A DNA stretch of 40,550 nt from assembly GCA_902766775.1 (NCBI GenBank), contig CACXEX010000123.1, positions 1 to 40,550 of the forward strand, in the 5' to 3' direction. This DNA is from an uncultured Ruminococcus sp. (GTDB lineage Bacteria > Bacillota > Clostridia > Oscillospirales > Acutalibacteraceae). A program made the position numbers and the translations under genes. The notes beneath the pieces are model-generated. The model worked only from the letters and a program-made list of their open reading frames with translations. It did not search any database and was not told the origin of the DNA. Below are positions 1-10,059 of this stretch, one piece after another. Numbering within the stretch: position 1 is the stretch's first letter; each line of letters starts with the position of its first letter.

Positions 1-123
1 ATGAATGAATACATAAATGTTATCAACGAGGAAAGCTCAAAGCTCAATTCCGGCGATTTAGCCGATGTTTCAAATGAGGAGCTTATGGCATATCTCGATA
101 AAGTAAGGAAAAAGAAACAGTAA
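1..123 (+). CDS. 3' end of upstream gene, probably DNA primase C-terminus (partial)
   Basis: Frame 1 is open from the window edge (..NEYINVINEESSKLNSGDLADVSNEELMAYLDKVRKKKQ*) to TAA at 121-123, 15 nt before rpoD. dnaG-rpoD is the conserved Firmicute order, so identity rests on synteny only. Confidence 0.6.
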   Translation: MNEYINVINEESSKLNSGDLADVSNEELMAYLDKVRKKKQ

Positions 124-138
124 GCGCAGGAAAGGAAA

Positions 139-1248
139 ATGAGTATGGCAGCTACACCTGATAAGAAAACAGTCGTAAGAGAACTTATGGAACTCGGTAA
201 GCAGAAAGGTCAGCTTACCAACCAAGAGATTCTTGATGCAATCGGTGAAATTGACTTTGACCCCGAACAGCTTGAAAAACTTTATGATTCCCTTGCACAG
301 CTTGGCATCGAAATTGTAGAGGATTCAGGTGATATCAAAATTGATGATATTGACCTCGGCTTTGATGAAAACAAAGATGGCGATTCACACGCACACGCAG
401 CAGAAACAGGCAGCGTTTCCGTTGATGACCCCGTAAAAGTTTATCTTAAAGAAATCGGACGAGTTCCGCTTCTTTCTTCTGATGAAGAAATCAAGCTTGC
501 TATCAGAATTGCCGACGGCGATGTTGCCGCAAAGCAGCGCCTTTCAGAGGCTAACCTTCGTCTTGTTGTTTCAATTGCAAAGCGTTATCTCGGCAGAGGT
601 ATGCAGTTCCTCGACCTTATTCAGGAGGGTAACCTCGGTCTTATCAAAGCCGTAGAAAAGTTTGACTATACAAAGGGATTTAAGTTCTCAACATATGCAA
701 CATGGTGGATCAGACAGGCCATTACCCGTGCAATTGCCGACCAGGCTCGTACAATCCGTATTCCTGTTCATATGGTTGAAACTATCAACAAAGTTAAAAA
801 AGTTCAGAGCCAGCTCCTTCACCAGAACGGTCACGAGCCGTCAGCCGATGAAATTGCCGCTGAAATTGATATGCCTGTTGATAAGGTTCGTGAAATTATG
901 CGTGTTGCTCAGGAACCTGTTTCGCTTGAAACTCCTATCGGTGAAGAGGAAGACAGCCACCTCGGTGACTTTATTCCGGATAACGATGCTCCCGCACCTG
1001 CCGATGCCGCATCACACACAATGCTCCGTGAACAGCTTTCAGACGTTCTTTCAACACTCACTCCCCGTGAGGCAAAGGTTTTAAAGCTCCGTTTCGGCCT
1101 TGAAGACGGCAGAAGCAGAACTCTTGAAGAAGTCGGCAAGGAGTTCAATGTAACCCGTGAGCGTATCCGTCAGATTGAGGCAAAGGCTCTCCGTAAGCTC
1201 CGTCATCCTTCAAGAAGCAGAAAGCTTAAGGATTATCTTGATTATTAA
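139..1248 (+). CDS. rpoD: RNA polymerase primary sigma factor SigA/RpoD
   Basis: Region 1.2 [11 protein letters not shown]; region 2 [22 protein letters not shown] and [30 protein letters not shown]; region 4 [37 protein letters not shown] upstream. Confidence 0.98.
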   Translation: MSMAATPDKKTVVRELMELGKQKGQLTNQEILDAIGEIDFDPEQLEKLYDSLAQLGIEIVEDSGDIKIDDIDLGFDENKDGDSHAHAAETGSVSVDDPVKVYLKEIGRVPLLSSDEEIKLAIRIADGDVAAKQRLSEANLRLVVSIAKRYLGRGMQFLDLIQEGNLGLIKAVEKFDYTKGFKFSTYATWWIRQAITRAIADQARTIRIPVHMVETINKVKKVQSQLLHQNGHEPSADEIAAEIDMPVDKVREIMRVAQEPVSLETPIGEEEDSHLGDFIPDNDAPAPADAASHTMLREQLSDVLSTLTPREAKVLKLRFGLEDGRSRTLEEVGKEFNVTRERIRQIEAKALRKLRHPSRSRKLKDYLDY

Positions 1249-1258
1249 TTAAACGCTT

Positions 1259-1630
1259 ATGATTACTTTCGATGAATGTGGTGCAATGCTTGATGAAATT
1301 GCAGATTCAATGCCCTATGAACTTTACAGAGATCTGAACGGAGGAATTTCACTTCTCCCCGAAACAAAGGTTCATCCAAAAGCTCTTAACAACGATTTGT
1401 TTATTTTGGGTGAGTACATACGCAATTCCTTAGGCAATGCAATAGTGTTTTATTACGGGTCAATCGACAGGGTTTACGGCTCTCTTGATAAAGAGGAATA
1501 CCGCAAAAAACTTGTTGGAATTCTTCATCATGAACTTCGTCATCATAACGAGTATCTTGCAGGTTGCGATGACCTTGGCATCTATGACAAGAATCAGATT
1601 GACGATTACCTGATAAAGCACGGAAAATGA
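1259..1630 (+). CDS. Small zincin-like metallopeptidase family protein
   Basis: 123 aa with an HExxH motif (LHHELRHH), preceded by an LGEY...IVFYY strand pattern typical of minimal zincins. Starts 10 nt after the rpoD stop. Confidence 0.75.
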   Translation: MITFDECGAMLDEIADSMPYELYRDLNGGISLLPETKVHPKALNNDLFILGEYIRNSLGNAIVFYYGSIDRVYGSLDKEEYRKKLVGILHHELRHHNEYLAGCDDLGIYDKNQIDDYLIKHGK

Positions 1631-1645
1631 TCAAATAAAATTAAC

Positions 1646-1681
1646 AAAGGACAGCTTTTTAAAACGAAAGCTGTCCTTTTT
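1646..1681. terminator. Bidirectional intrinsic terminator between the zincin gene and the convergent LysM gene
   Basis: Stem AAAGGACAGCTTT (1646-1658) / AAAGCTGTCCTTT (1667-1679) with A and T tracts at the two ends. Confidence 0.85.
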
Positions 1682-1682
1682 G

Positions 1683-1988
1683 TCATCTTACCTTTATAAT
1701 TTGACCCGGATAAATTATATTCGGATTAGCAAGTCCGTTGAGTCGTGCAAGATTGTCAACGGTTGTTCCGTGCATCTGTGCAATTACCCACAGCGTATCA
1801 CCCGGACGGGTAACATGATACTGTGTTTCCGCACTGCCTGCCGGAACTGTAAGAACCTGACCGACAAAAATAGCGTCGGGAGTTTGAATGTTATTATATT
1901 TTAATATGTCATTTACCGTTGTCTGGAAGAACTGTGCAATACCAAAAAGCGTGTTGCCCGGACGAACGGTGTACTGAACCATTTCCAT
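1683..1988 (-). CDS. Tandem LysM-domain protein (2 LysM, no signal peptide), possibly spore-associated
   Basis: YTVRPGNTLFGIA...NNIQTPDAIFVGQVLTV and HVTRPGDTLWVIA...NGLANPNIIYPGQIIKV. SD AAGGAGG upstream. Confidence 0.88.
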   Translation of the reverse strand: MEMVQYTVRPGNTLFGIAQFFQTTVNDILKYNNIQTPDAIFVGQVLTVPAGSAETQYHVTRPGDTLWVIAQMHGTTVDNLARLNGLANPNIIYPGQIIKVR

Positions 1989-2016
1989 ATCTGTCCTCCT
2001 TGGTTTTCATAGTAAC

Positions 2017-2042
2017 AATATATGCCCACGGCAAAAATCCGT
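2017..2042 (-). promoter_or_regulatory. Putative SigK/SigE-type (mother-cell) promoter of the LysM gene
   Basis: Minus strand reads AC-N16-CATATATT, matching the SigK consensus AC-N16-CATAnnnT, just upstream of the SD. Confidence 0.45.
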
Positions 2043-2049
2043 TACTCCT

Positions 2050-2078
2050 GCATAAAATAAACTGTGTATGGAAAAATA
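2050..2078 (+). promoter_or_regulatory. Putative SigG/SigF-type (forespore) promoter upstream of enolase
   Basis: GCATA (2050-2054)-N15-GGAAAAATA, which also reads as GCATA-N17-AAAAATA. No clear SigA promoter was seen in this intergenic region. Confidence 0.3.
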
Positions 2079-2202
2079 ACCTTGGAGTTAACACTTCCTT
2101 TGCATAATTGCAATCTGTTTCAAGGTAAAGCAGAGTGTTGCTCAGATTTAAATATCCGAAAACAGTTTTTGTTTCAAATTTTTAATACGAGAGGGCATAT
2201 AA

Positions 2203-3459
2203 ATGGAAATAAAAATAGACACAATAATCGGCAGAGAAATAATTGATTCACGAGGTAATCCGACAGTTGAGGCAGAAGTTGGACTTTCTGACGGAACTTT
2301 TGCCAAAGCATCTGTACCGTCAGGTGCGTCAACGGGCGAATTTGAGGCGGTTGAACTCCGTGATGGCGACAAGCGTTACAATGGAAAAGGTGTTCAGAGA
2401 GCGGTTGAAAATATCAACAGTATAATTTCGCCGAATCTTTGTTGTGATTCACCGTTTGACCAGTGTGAAATCGACAGCAAAATGATTGAACTTGACGGAA
2501 CGGAAAATAAGGATTTGCTCGGTGCAAACGCAATTCTTGCAGTTTCACTCGCCTGTGCAAAAGCAGCGGCAAAGCATTTAAGATTGCCTTTATTCCGCTA
2601 CATCGGAGGAACATATGCGGTCAGAATGCCTGTTCCGATGATGAATATACTCAATGGCGGTGCCCATGCGTCAAATAACATAGATATTCAGGAATTTATG
2701 ATTATGCCTGTCGGTGCAAAGTGCTTTTCCGAAGGATTGATGCAGTGCTGTGAAATCTACCACACACTTGGCAAAATTCTTAAAGAGAATAATATGTCAA
2801 CAGGTGTAGGTGATGAGGGCGGTTATGCACCAAGTTTGAAAAGTGACGAAGATGCTATTGAGTATATAATTAAGGCGATTGAAAAATCGGGCTACAATAC
2901 CGATGAAATCAAAATTGCACTTGATGCCGCATCGTCCGAATGGTACTCCGGCGGAAAGTATAACCTTCCAAAGAGGGGAGATTCGCTTTCAAGTGATGAA
3001 GTTGTAAAATATTTTGAAAAACTTTGCAGTGATTACCCGATTATTTCGCTTGAAGATCCGCTTTCCGAGCACGACTGGGAAGGCTGGCAGAATATCACTT
3101 CTAAAATCGGAAACAAGGTTCAGCTTGTGGGCGATGATTTGTTTGTTACCAACACGAAAAGGCTTAAAAAGGGTATAGAACTCGGAGCAGGCAACGCGAT
3201 TCTGATTAAAATTAATCAGATAGGAACTCTTACAGAAACACTTGATGCAATTGACACTGCCCACAAGGCAGGTTATCGCACAATTATCTCCCACCGAAGC
3301 GGTGAAACAGAGGACACAACAATCGCCGACATTGCGGTTGCCGTAAATTCGGGTCAGATAAAGACAGGTGCACCGTGCAGAACCGACAGAGTTGCAAAGT
3401 ACAACAGACTTCTGAGAATAGAAAGTGCAATAGTCAATACTTCAACCTACGGATTATAA
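2203..3459 (+). CDS. eno: Enolase (phosphopyruvate hydratase)
   Basis: [22 protein letters not shown]...[43 protein letters not shown] and QIKTGA...[12 protein letters not shown]. Confidence 0.97.
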   Translation: MEIKIDTIIGREIIDSRGNPTVEAEVGLSDGTFAKASVPSGASTGEFEAVELRDGDKRYNGKGVQRAVENINSIISPNLCCDSPFDQCEIDSKMIELDGTENKDLLGANAILAVSLACAKAAAKHLRLPLFRYIGGTYAVRMPVPMMNILNGGAHASNNIDIQEFMIMPVGAKCFSEGLMQCCEIYHTLGKILKENNMSTGVGDEGGYAPSLKSDEDAIEYIIKAIEKSGYNTDEIKIALDAASSEWYSGGKYNLPKRGDSLSSDEVVKYFEKLCSDYPIISLEDPLSEHDWEGWQNITSKIGNKVQLVGDDLFVTNTKRLKKGIELGAGNAILIKINQIGTLTETLDAIDTAHKAGYRTIISHRSGETEDTTIADIAVAVNSGQIKTGAPCRTDRVAKYNRLLRIESAIVNTSTYGL

Positions 3460-3466
3460 ATTTATT

Positions 3467-3497
3467 TTCCCCGACTGCTGTCGGGGAATACTTTTTT
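3467..3497 (+). terminator. Intrinsic terminator of eno
   Basis: TTCCCCGAC-TGCT-GTCGGGGAA followed by TACTTTTTT. Confidence 0.75.
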
Positions 3498-3810
3498 ATG
3501 GCAAAATTTTATGACTTGACCAAAAATAATTATAAAATTACGATTAACGACAATTTTTATTTGCTTGATAATAAATAAAAAAATAACATTTAAAATTTCA
3601 GCATATTGCACATATTTAACATAGAAAATTCTACAACAATAAAACCTTTATCGGTTGCTATATTCTTAATCGGAATTAAAATATATTGTTTTATATGATA
3701 AAATGAATTAATGAAATGCTAACATTGGAATTCGTATGGACTATTGTAAAACAGTGCTGATTGTGACCTTTGTTTTGCTCATATCCGAATAAGTCAGGAG
3801 GCATTTTTGA

Positions 3811-6672
3811 TTGTTTTTAAAAAAAGTATTGGCAGGAGTAATGACAGCTATGATGATTACAGGAATGTGTGCGGCTGATGTTTCGGCAGCGGAAAAGAAT
3901 ACTACAACAGATTATCAGGCATATGCCGCAAATCTGGACAGAACCACATATTCGGGTGATGATTTGGGTGCAACTTACTCAAAAAAAGCGACTACCTTCA
4001 AGGTATGGTCGCCTAATGCGGCGTCTGTTCGTGTAAATGTTTTTGAGCACGGCAGTGATAATGAGGGAGATGCAGGTTCTATAATGTCAAGGGCCATGAC
4101 GCTCGACAAAGCAACGGGTGTTTGGTCAGTTACAATTAACGGTGACTTGCTTAACAAATATTATACATATTCCGTAACTCACGGAAAAACCACCAAGGAA
4201 ACAGCAGATGTCTATGCTAAGGCCTGCGGTGTGAACGGTCAGCGTTCGATGGTTGTTGACCTTAATTCCACTAATCCCGAGGGTTGGGAAAATGACAAGC
4301 ACGTGCTTGTTCAGAACCAGACAGATGCGTCTGTTTGGGAAATCTCGGTTGCAGATTTTTCTTCGTCTGCATCAAGCGGTGTCAGCGAGGAAAATCGAGG
4401 CAAATACCTTGCCTTTACCGAAAACGGTACAACAGTCAACGGCGTTCAGGGTGCGTCTTCAACCTGCGTTGACTACCTTAAAAAGCTCGGTGTAAAGTAT
4501 GTGCAGATTATGCCGTTCTATGATTTCGGTTCTGTTGACGAAAGCAAAAATATTACGGATCAGTACAACTGGGGTTATGATCCCGTCAACTATAACTGTC
4601 CTGAGGGTTCATATTCTTCAAACCCTAAAAAGGGCGAGGTACGAATCAAGGAATGTAAGCAGATGATTCAGGCACTTCATAACGCAGGAATCGGTGTAAT
4701 TATGGATGTTGTCTATAACCACACCTACACTCCCGATTCGTGGTTCCAGAGAACGGTTCCAAACTACTATTACAGAATGAACAGTGACGGAACTTTCTCA
4801 AACGGTTCAGGCTGTTCAAACGATACAGCAAGTGAACATCTTATGTTCAGAAAATATATGATTGATTCTGTTACATATTGGGCAAGCGAATACCACATTG
4901 ACGGTTTCCGCTTTGACCTTATGGGACTTCACGATGTAACCACTATGAATTCAATCCGTACCGCTCTCGACAATCTTTATGCAGACGGCAGCGGTAAGCA
5001 GATTCTTATGTATGGTGAAGCGTGGGATATGCCAACAAATTCTGACGAAGGCACAGTGATGGCAAGTCAGAAAAATCTCAAGCAGATGAGCGACCGTATA
5101 GGTGCTTTTGACGATACAATCCGTGATGCAATCAAGGGAAGCACAGGCGGTACAGACGGAGCTTTTGTTCAGACAGGTTCACGCAGAGCTAACCTCAAAA
5201 CAGGTATTGCAGGTCAGAGTGACACATCAACCGGTTGGGCCAATGTTCCTTCTCAGTGTGTAACCTATGCATCGTGTCACGATAATCTTTGTCTTTACGA
5301 CAAGCTTGTCGGCTCTGTTTACGGTACGGACAGCGATTACCGCAAGAGATACGAGGACCTCGTTGCAATGAACAAGCTTTCAGCGGCTATCGTTATGACA
5401 TCACAGGGTATCCCGTTCTCACTCGGCGGTGAAGAATTCTGCCGCAGTAAAGACGGTGACGAAAACAGCTATGCATCAAGCAGAAAAGAAAATATGCTTG
5501 ATTGGGAAAATGTAGATATTTACTCCGATGTAATTGAATATTACAGAGGTCTTTATAAAATCCGTGACGCTTTTGCGGCATTCTCCGATTCTACTGCTAC
5601 GACAGCCAACAGCCTTACATATCTTTCAGATGTTCCGAAGGGTGTTACAGGCTACACAATCAATAATACAGAGAGCGGAAAATGGAGTCAGATGTGCGTA
5701 ATATTCAACGGCTCTGATTCTGCACAGAATGTAAACGCAAAAGGCGACTGGGTTGTTCTTGCAGACAACAAAACAGCCGGACTTCGCAACATCAAAAATG
5801 TTACAGACAGCGTAAAAGTTGAGGCCCATTCTGCTGTTATTATGGTTGATACAAAGAGCTACGATTCGGCAGGTATTATGGACGATGAGGGTGCTGTTGT
5901 AATTGATTATTATGATAACAAAACCGAGAAACTTATCAAGTCACAGACACTTACAGGTGAACTCGGTACAAGCTATGATATAACAAATCTTGCGTCAACG
6001 CTTAGCTATGATGTTAAGAAAACCGACGGCGAAATCAAGGGCGTATTTACCGACCAGGTAGGTCACGCAAAGGTTTATGTTGAAGAATATGACGGTGAGA
6101 TGTCAACGGTTACCGTTAAATTTGTTGACGAAACGAATAATACGGAGCTTGAGGATTCATACCTTGTACGCAACAGAAAGGGCGAGCAGTACTACACTCC
6201 CGACCTTCCGTCAATCAAGAACTACAAGCTTGTTCTTGATGACCTTCCTACAAACGGAGCGGGCAAACTTGATTCTGCAAGCAAGACTGTTACATACAAA
6301 TATACCCGTGTAACGGATGACGAGGATAAGACAGTTTGCAGAGTAAATGCCATTTATATGGATGATTCCGGAAAAATTCTTGATACAAAGACAATTACCG
6401 GTGTGACAGGACAGGCGTATTCACTTCAGCAGAATGAATACGAAGACAAGCAGCTTGTGAGCGTTCCCGATAAGGCAAACGGAACCTTTAAGTCGGGCGA
6501 AATCAATGTTGTTTTCAGCTATTCATCAACGCCCGACCCTCTCAAACAGATGTTGCCGTTTGTTTATGTGGGCACCGGACTTATCGTTGCACTTTGTGCG
6601 GCGTCGGTAGTTTACTCTTCGGTTAAACGCAAAAAACGCCTTATGGCAGATCTTGACATTGAAGAGGATTAA
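3811..6672 (+). CDS. pulA: Type I pullulanase (CBM48 + GH13) with signal peptide, three MucBP-like repeats and a C-terminal membrane anchor (R. bromii Amy11-like)
   Basis: TTG start with SD GGAGG; signal peptide ending VSA. TFKVWSP (CBM48), YNWGYDP, MDVVYNH; catalytic GFRFDLMG, YGEAW and SCHDN. Repeats of the form V-x-V-x-Y/F-x-D...TVTYKY. Hydrophobic C-terminal helix followed by KRKKR. Confidence 0.92.
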   Translation: MFLKKVLAGVMTAMMITGMCAADVSAAEKNTTTDYQAYAANLDRTTYSGDDLGATYSKKATTFKVWSPNAASVRVNVFEHGSDNEGDAGSIMSRAMTLDKATGVWSVTINGDLLNKYYTYSVTHGKTTKETADVYAKACGVNGQRSMVVDLNSTNPEGWENDKHVLVQNQTDASVWEISVADFSSSASSGVSEENRGKYLAFTENGTTVNGVQGASSTCVDYLKKLGVKYVQIMPFYDFGSVDESKNITDQYNWGYDPVNYNCPEGSYSSNPKKGEVRIKECKQMIQALHNAGIGVIMDVVYNHTYTPDSWFQRTVPNYYYRMNSDGTFSNGSGCSNDTASEHLMFRKYMIDSVTYWASEYHIDGFRFDLMGLHDVTTMNSIRTALDNLYADGSGKQILMYGEAWDMPTNSDEGTVMASQKNLKQMSDRIGAFDDTIRDAIKGSTGGTDGAFVQTGSRRANLKTGIAGQSDTSTGWANVPSQCVTYASCHDNLCLYDKLVGSVYGTDSDYRKRYEDLVAMNKLSAAIVMTSQGIPFSLGGEEFCRSKDGDENSYASSRKENMLDWENVDIYSDVIEYYRGLYKIRDAFAAFSDSTATTANSLTYLSDVPKGVTGYTINNTESGKWSQMCVIFNGSDSAQNVNAKGDWVVLADNKTAGLRNIKNVTDSVKVEAHSAVIMVDTKSYDSAGIMDDEGAVVIDYYDNKTEKLIKSQTLTGELGTSYDITNLASTLSYDVKKTDGEIKGVFTDQVGHAKVYVEEYDGEMSTVTVKFVDETNNTELEDSYLVRNRKGEQYYTPDLPSIKNYKLVLDDLPTNGAGKLDSASKTVTYKYTRVTDDEDKTVCRVNAIYMDDSGKILDTKTITGVTGQAYSLQQNEYEDKQLVSVPDKANGTFKSGEINVVFSYSSTPDPLKQMLPFVYVGTGLIVALCAASVVYSSVKRKKRLMADLDIEED

Positions 6673-6736
6673 TAAGAGGTAGTTATTTCCGTCAGAGGCG
6701 GAATAGATTATAAAAATAACTAAGGAGGATATATCT

Positions 6737-9700
6737 ATGAGAACTACGAAGAAGATTGTTTCTGCAGTTCTTGCCGTGTGCATGCTTGCATCAACAGCAG
6801 TTGTTTCAAGCTTTGCAGCAACAACCGATGATAGTTCAGCGGTTTCGAGCGACTACGCAAGAGACAATTCTTACACAAAAGCTGCTGAAGATATTGACGC
6901 TGAGTATGCTTACTCAGGCGACGATCTTGGTGTTACTTACACAAAAGAAGCAACAACATTCAAGGTTTGGTCACCAACAGCAACTGATGTAAAGGTTAAT
7001 ATCTATGCAACAGGTTCGGATGACGAGCCAGGTGCACATGACATCGGCACATACACACTTGAAAAAATGCTCGTTGACGGTGAGTGGAACGGTGTTTGGA
7101 CACTCACACTCGTTGGCGAATGGAAGAATTTGTACTACACATATTCAATCACAACAACAGACACAACACACATTGGTTCAGACGTAACAAAGACTTATGA
7201 AACACAGGATGTATATTCAAGAGCAGTTGGCGTAAACGGCAAGCGCTCAATGATTGTTGACCTTGATGATACAGATCCTGACGGTTGGTCAAGCGATAAC
7301 CATGTTCTTCTTGACAAATCAACACAGTCTTCAGTATGGGAACTCCATATCAAAGACTTCTCTTATGACAAGGCTTCAGGCGTAAGCGAAGCTAACAGAG
7401 GTAAGTACCTTGCTTTCACAGAAAACGGTACAACTCTTAACGGCGAGGGCAAGGTTTCAACATGTATTGATTACCTTAAAGAACTCGGCGTAACAACAGT
7501 TCAGCTCAACCCATTCTATGACTTCCAGTCAGTAAATGAGGCAGGTTCTGATTCACAGTTTAACTGGGGTTATGACCCACAGAACTACAATGTTCCTGAA
7601 GGTTCATATTCTTCAAACCCATATGACGGTAATGTAAGAATCAAAGAATGTAAAGAAATGATTAAGGCTCTCCACGATGCCGGCATTTCTGTTGTAATGG
7701 ATGTTGTTTACAACCATACATATTCAACTGATTCATGCTTCCAGCACACAGTTCCGAACTACTATTACAGAATGACAACAACAGGTAAGTTCTCTAATGG
7801 TTCAGGTTGCGGTAACGAAGGTGCAACAGAGCGTGCAATGTACAGACAGTACGTTATCGACTCACTTAAGTATTGGGTAAATGAATATCATGTTGACGGC
7901 TTCCGTTTTGACCTTATGGGTATTATGGATGTTGAAACAATGAATATGGCAAGAGAAGCTCTCGACCAGATCGACCCACGAATCACAATGTGGGGCGAAG
8001 GTTGGGCAGGCGGTGACTCCTACCACCCAACAAACACATGCTCAGGCACAAAGTTCTATCCTGCTACACAGGCTAACGCAGCAAGACTTAGCGACAGAAT
8101 CGCTATCTTCAACGACGGTATCCGTGACGGCGTAAAGGGTAGTGCAATGGGCATCAACAACACAGGTTTCGTACAGGGCGCAAAAACATCTGCAAAAGAT
8201 GTAAGCTACGGTGTTCGTGCTAACAGCTCCGGTACAAACAAGTGGAAGGCACAGGCTCCTTCACAGTGTGTAACATATGATTCATGTCACGATAACGCAA
8301 CACTTTATGATCAGATTCTTGCATCAACAGGTCTTGCAAGCTTTGGCGAAAGAAATTCAGAAGCTATCAAGATGAACAAACTTGCAAGTGCTATCATCTA
8401 CACATCACAGGGTATTTCATTCACACTTGCCGGTGAAGAAATGGCTCGTTCTAAAGACGGTGACACAAACAGTTACAAGTCAGATCCTGAAATTAATATG
8501 ATTAAGTGGCAGAATGTTGTTGACTATGCTGACGTAGTTTCTTACTATGAAGGTATGATGCAGATTAAGTCATCATTCTCACCGCTCACAGCTATGGATA
8601 CATCATATGCTGATAAGTACACATTTACAAACAAAGTTTCTGCACCTACAAACCAGATTTCATTCACAATTCAGAATGACGTTGAAGGTGAATGGAACAA
8701 GATGGCTGTAATCTACAACAACGCAAGCACAGCCGCAGACGTAACTCTTGCAGATAAGTCTGTAACAGATTGGGTTGTTATCGCTAACGGCGAATCAGCA
8801 GGTCTTGATTCACTTGGTGAAGTAACAGGTTCAACATTCACTGTTCCTGCTCGTTCAGCTATCGTAGCTGTTGACAAGGAAGGTTACGAATCAGCAGGTA
8901 TCCATTCTTCAAACGGTAAGGTTAAGGTTAACTATGTTTATGAGTCAACAGGCGAAAAGCTTGAGGATTCAGTAGTTCTTCAGGGACCTGTTGGTTCAGG
9001 TTATGTAACAGTTCCAAGTGCAGGTGTTCCTGATACATACCTCGTAAGCCGTATTGAAGGCAATGCTGAGGGTAAGTTTGATTCTTCTACACAGGAAGTA
9101 ACATACTACTACACAGACTATGTACCGGATTCAATCAAGAACGCTGACTTCAACGGTGACGGTGTTGTTAACGTAATGGACGCTACACTTCTTCAGAAGT
9201 ACATCGTAAATCTTGAGACTCCGACAGCTGACGCATCAGCTCTTGACCTTAACTATGATGGTGTATTCGATATTGAAGATGTAACAATGCTTATGAAGTC
9301 TATTGTAGGTCTTCCTGTTTCTTCAGGTAAGGTAACAGTAAACTACTACTACACAGACGCTAAGGGTGAGCAGAAGAAACTTACTGACTCAATCGTATTC
9401 TCAGGCAGAGCAGGCAGCTCATACGAGTCAAAGGCATTCAAGGTTGTTGGCTACAAAGTTGATCCTGACAGAATGCCGGCAAAGGCTTCAGGTCTTATTC
9501 CTTACGGTGAGGCTGAGGTTAACTACTACTACATTGCTTCAAGCCTTGAAATCACACTTCACGCTAAGCACAATGGTTCACTCACATGGACACCATACCT
9601 CTGGACATGGGGTTCAAACCTTAAGGGCGCAGATTCAGGCAACTTCCAGACAACATGGCCTGGTGATCCTATGACTGCAGGTGAGAATGGCTGGTTTGAT

Positions 9701-9916
9701 TATAGCTTCACATACAAGGGAGCAGGTACTTACAATGTAATCGTATCTGATAATGCTACTAACCAGACAATCGACTACAAGGGCTTTGTAGATAACGAAA
9801 TGTGGATTGTAATTGATGACTCTGCTGTTATGGGCGGTACATACCTTACATTCTACACAGATAACCCTGATACTAACCCTGATGCTCCTATCGCTGAGCA
9901 GGTTAAACTCGGTTAA
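6737..9916 (+). CDS. pulA: Type I pullulanase: signal peptide, CBM48, GH13, MucBP, dockerin, MucBP and C-terminal starch-binding (CBM26-like) module (R. bromii Amy12-like amylosome enzyme)
   Basis: SD AAGGAGG. FNWGYDP, GFRFDLMG, WGEGW and SCHDN. Duplicated Ca-binding loops DFNGDGVVNVMDATLLQK and DLNYDGVFDIEDVTMLMK. C-terminal PYLWTW...WPG.PM...GWF...NVIVSD...QT. Confidence 0.94.
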   Translation: MRTTKKIVSAVLAVCMLASTAVVSSFAATTDDSSAVSSDYARDNSYTKAAEDIDAEYAYSGDDLGVTYTKEATTFKVWSPTATDVKVNIYATGSDDEPGAHDIGTYTLEKMLVDGEWNGVWTLTLVGEWKNLYYTYSITTTDTTHIGSDVTKTYETQDVYSRAVGVNGKRSMIVDLDDTDPDGWSSDNHVLLDKSTQSSVWELHIKDFSYDKASGVSEANRGKYLAFTENGTTLNGEGKVSTCIDYLKELGVTTVQLNPFYDFQSVNEAGSDSQFNWGYDPQNYNVPEGSYSSNPYDGNVRIKECKEMIKALHDAGISVVMDVVYNHTYSTDSCFQHTVPNYYYRMTTTGKFSNGSGCGNEGATERAMYRQYVIDSLKYWVNEYHVDGFRFDLMGIMDVETMNMAREALDQIDPRITMWGEGWAGGDSYHPTNTCSGTKFYPATQANAARLSDRIAIFNDGIRDGVKGSAMGINNTGFVQGAKTSAKDVSYGVRANSSGTNKWKAQAPSQCVTYDSCHDNATLYDQILASTGLASFGERNSEAIKMNKLASAIIYTSQGISFTLAGEEMARSKDGDTNSYKSDPEINMIKWQNVVDYADVVSYYEGMMQIKSSFSPLTAMDTSYADKYTFTNKVSAPTNQISFTIQNDVEGEWNKMAVIYNNASTAADVTLADKSVTDWVVIANGESAGLDSLGEVTGSTFTVPARSAIVAVDKEGYESAGIHSSNGKVKVNYVYESTGEKLEDSVVLQGPVGSGYVTVPSAGVPDTYLVSRIEGNAEGKFDSSTQEVTYYYTDYVPDSIKNADFNGDGVVNVMDATLLQKYIVNLETPTADASALDLNYDGVFDIEDVTMLMKSIVGLPVSSGKVTVNYYYTDAKGEQKKLTDSIVFSGRAGSSYESKAFKVVGYKVDPDRMPAKASGLIPYGEAEVNYYYIASSLEITLHAKHNGSLTWTPYLWTWGSNLKGADSGNFQTTWPGDPMTAGENGWFDYSFTYKGAGTYNVIVSDNATNQTIDYKGFVDNEMWIVIDDSAVMGGTYLTFYTDNPDTNPDAPIAEQVKLG

Positions 9917-9945
9917 TCTGAAACCCACAAACACATATTGCAAAA

Positions 9946-9976
9946 AGAGGGCTGACCTTAATTGGTCAGCCCTTTT
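9946..9976 (+). terminator. Intrinsic terminator of the pullulanase pair
   Basis: AGGGCTGACC-TTAATT-GGTCAGCCCT followed by TTT. Confidence 0.8.
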
Positions 9977-10011
9977 AATCTGAATTATATCAAAATATTA
10001 TTCTATAACAG

Positions 10012-10049
10012 AAAAAATCCCCGACGGTCAATTAAAACTGTCGGGGATT
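10012..10049 (-). terminator. Intrinsic terminator of the acn-icd-rex operon
   Basis: AATCCCCGACGG / CTGTCGGGGATT stem. The A-run at 10012-10017 provides the U-tract on the minus strand. Confidence 0.75.
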
Positions 10050-10059
10050 AATTGGTTTA

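Noticed and set aside
3500-3810. LacI/MalR or cre operator, or a small RNA, upstream of the pullulanases
   Set aside because: Only half-site matches (ATCGGTTGC) and an extended -10 candidate (TGATAAAAT, 3696-3704) in very AT-rich DNA; not enough support.
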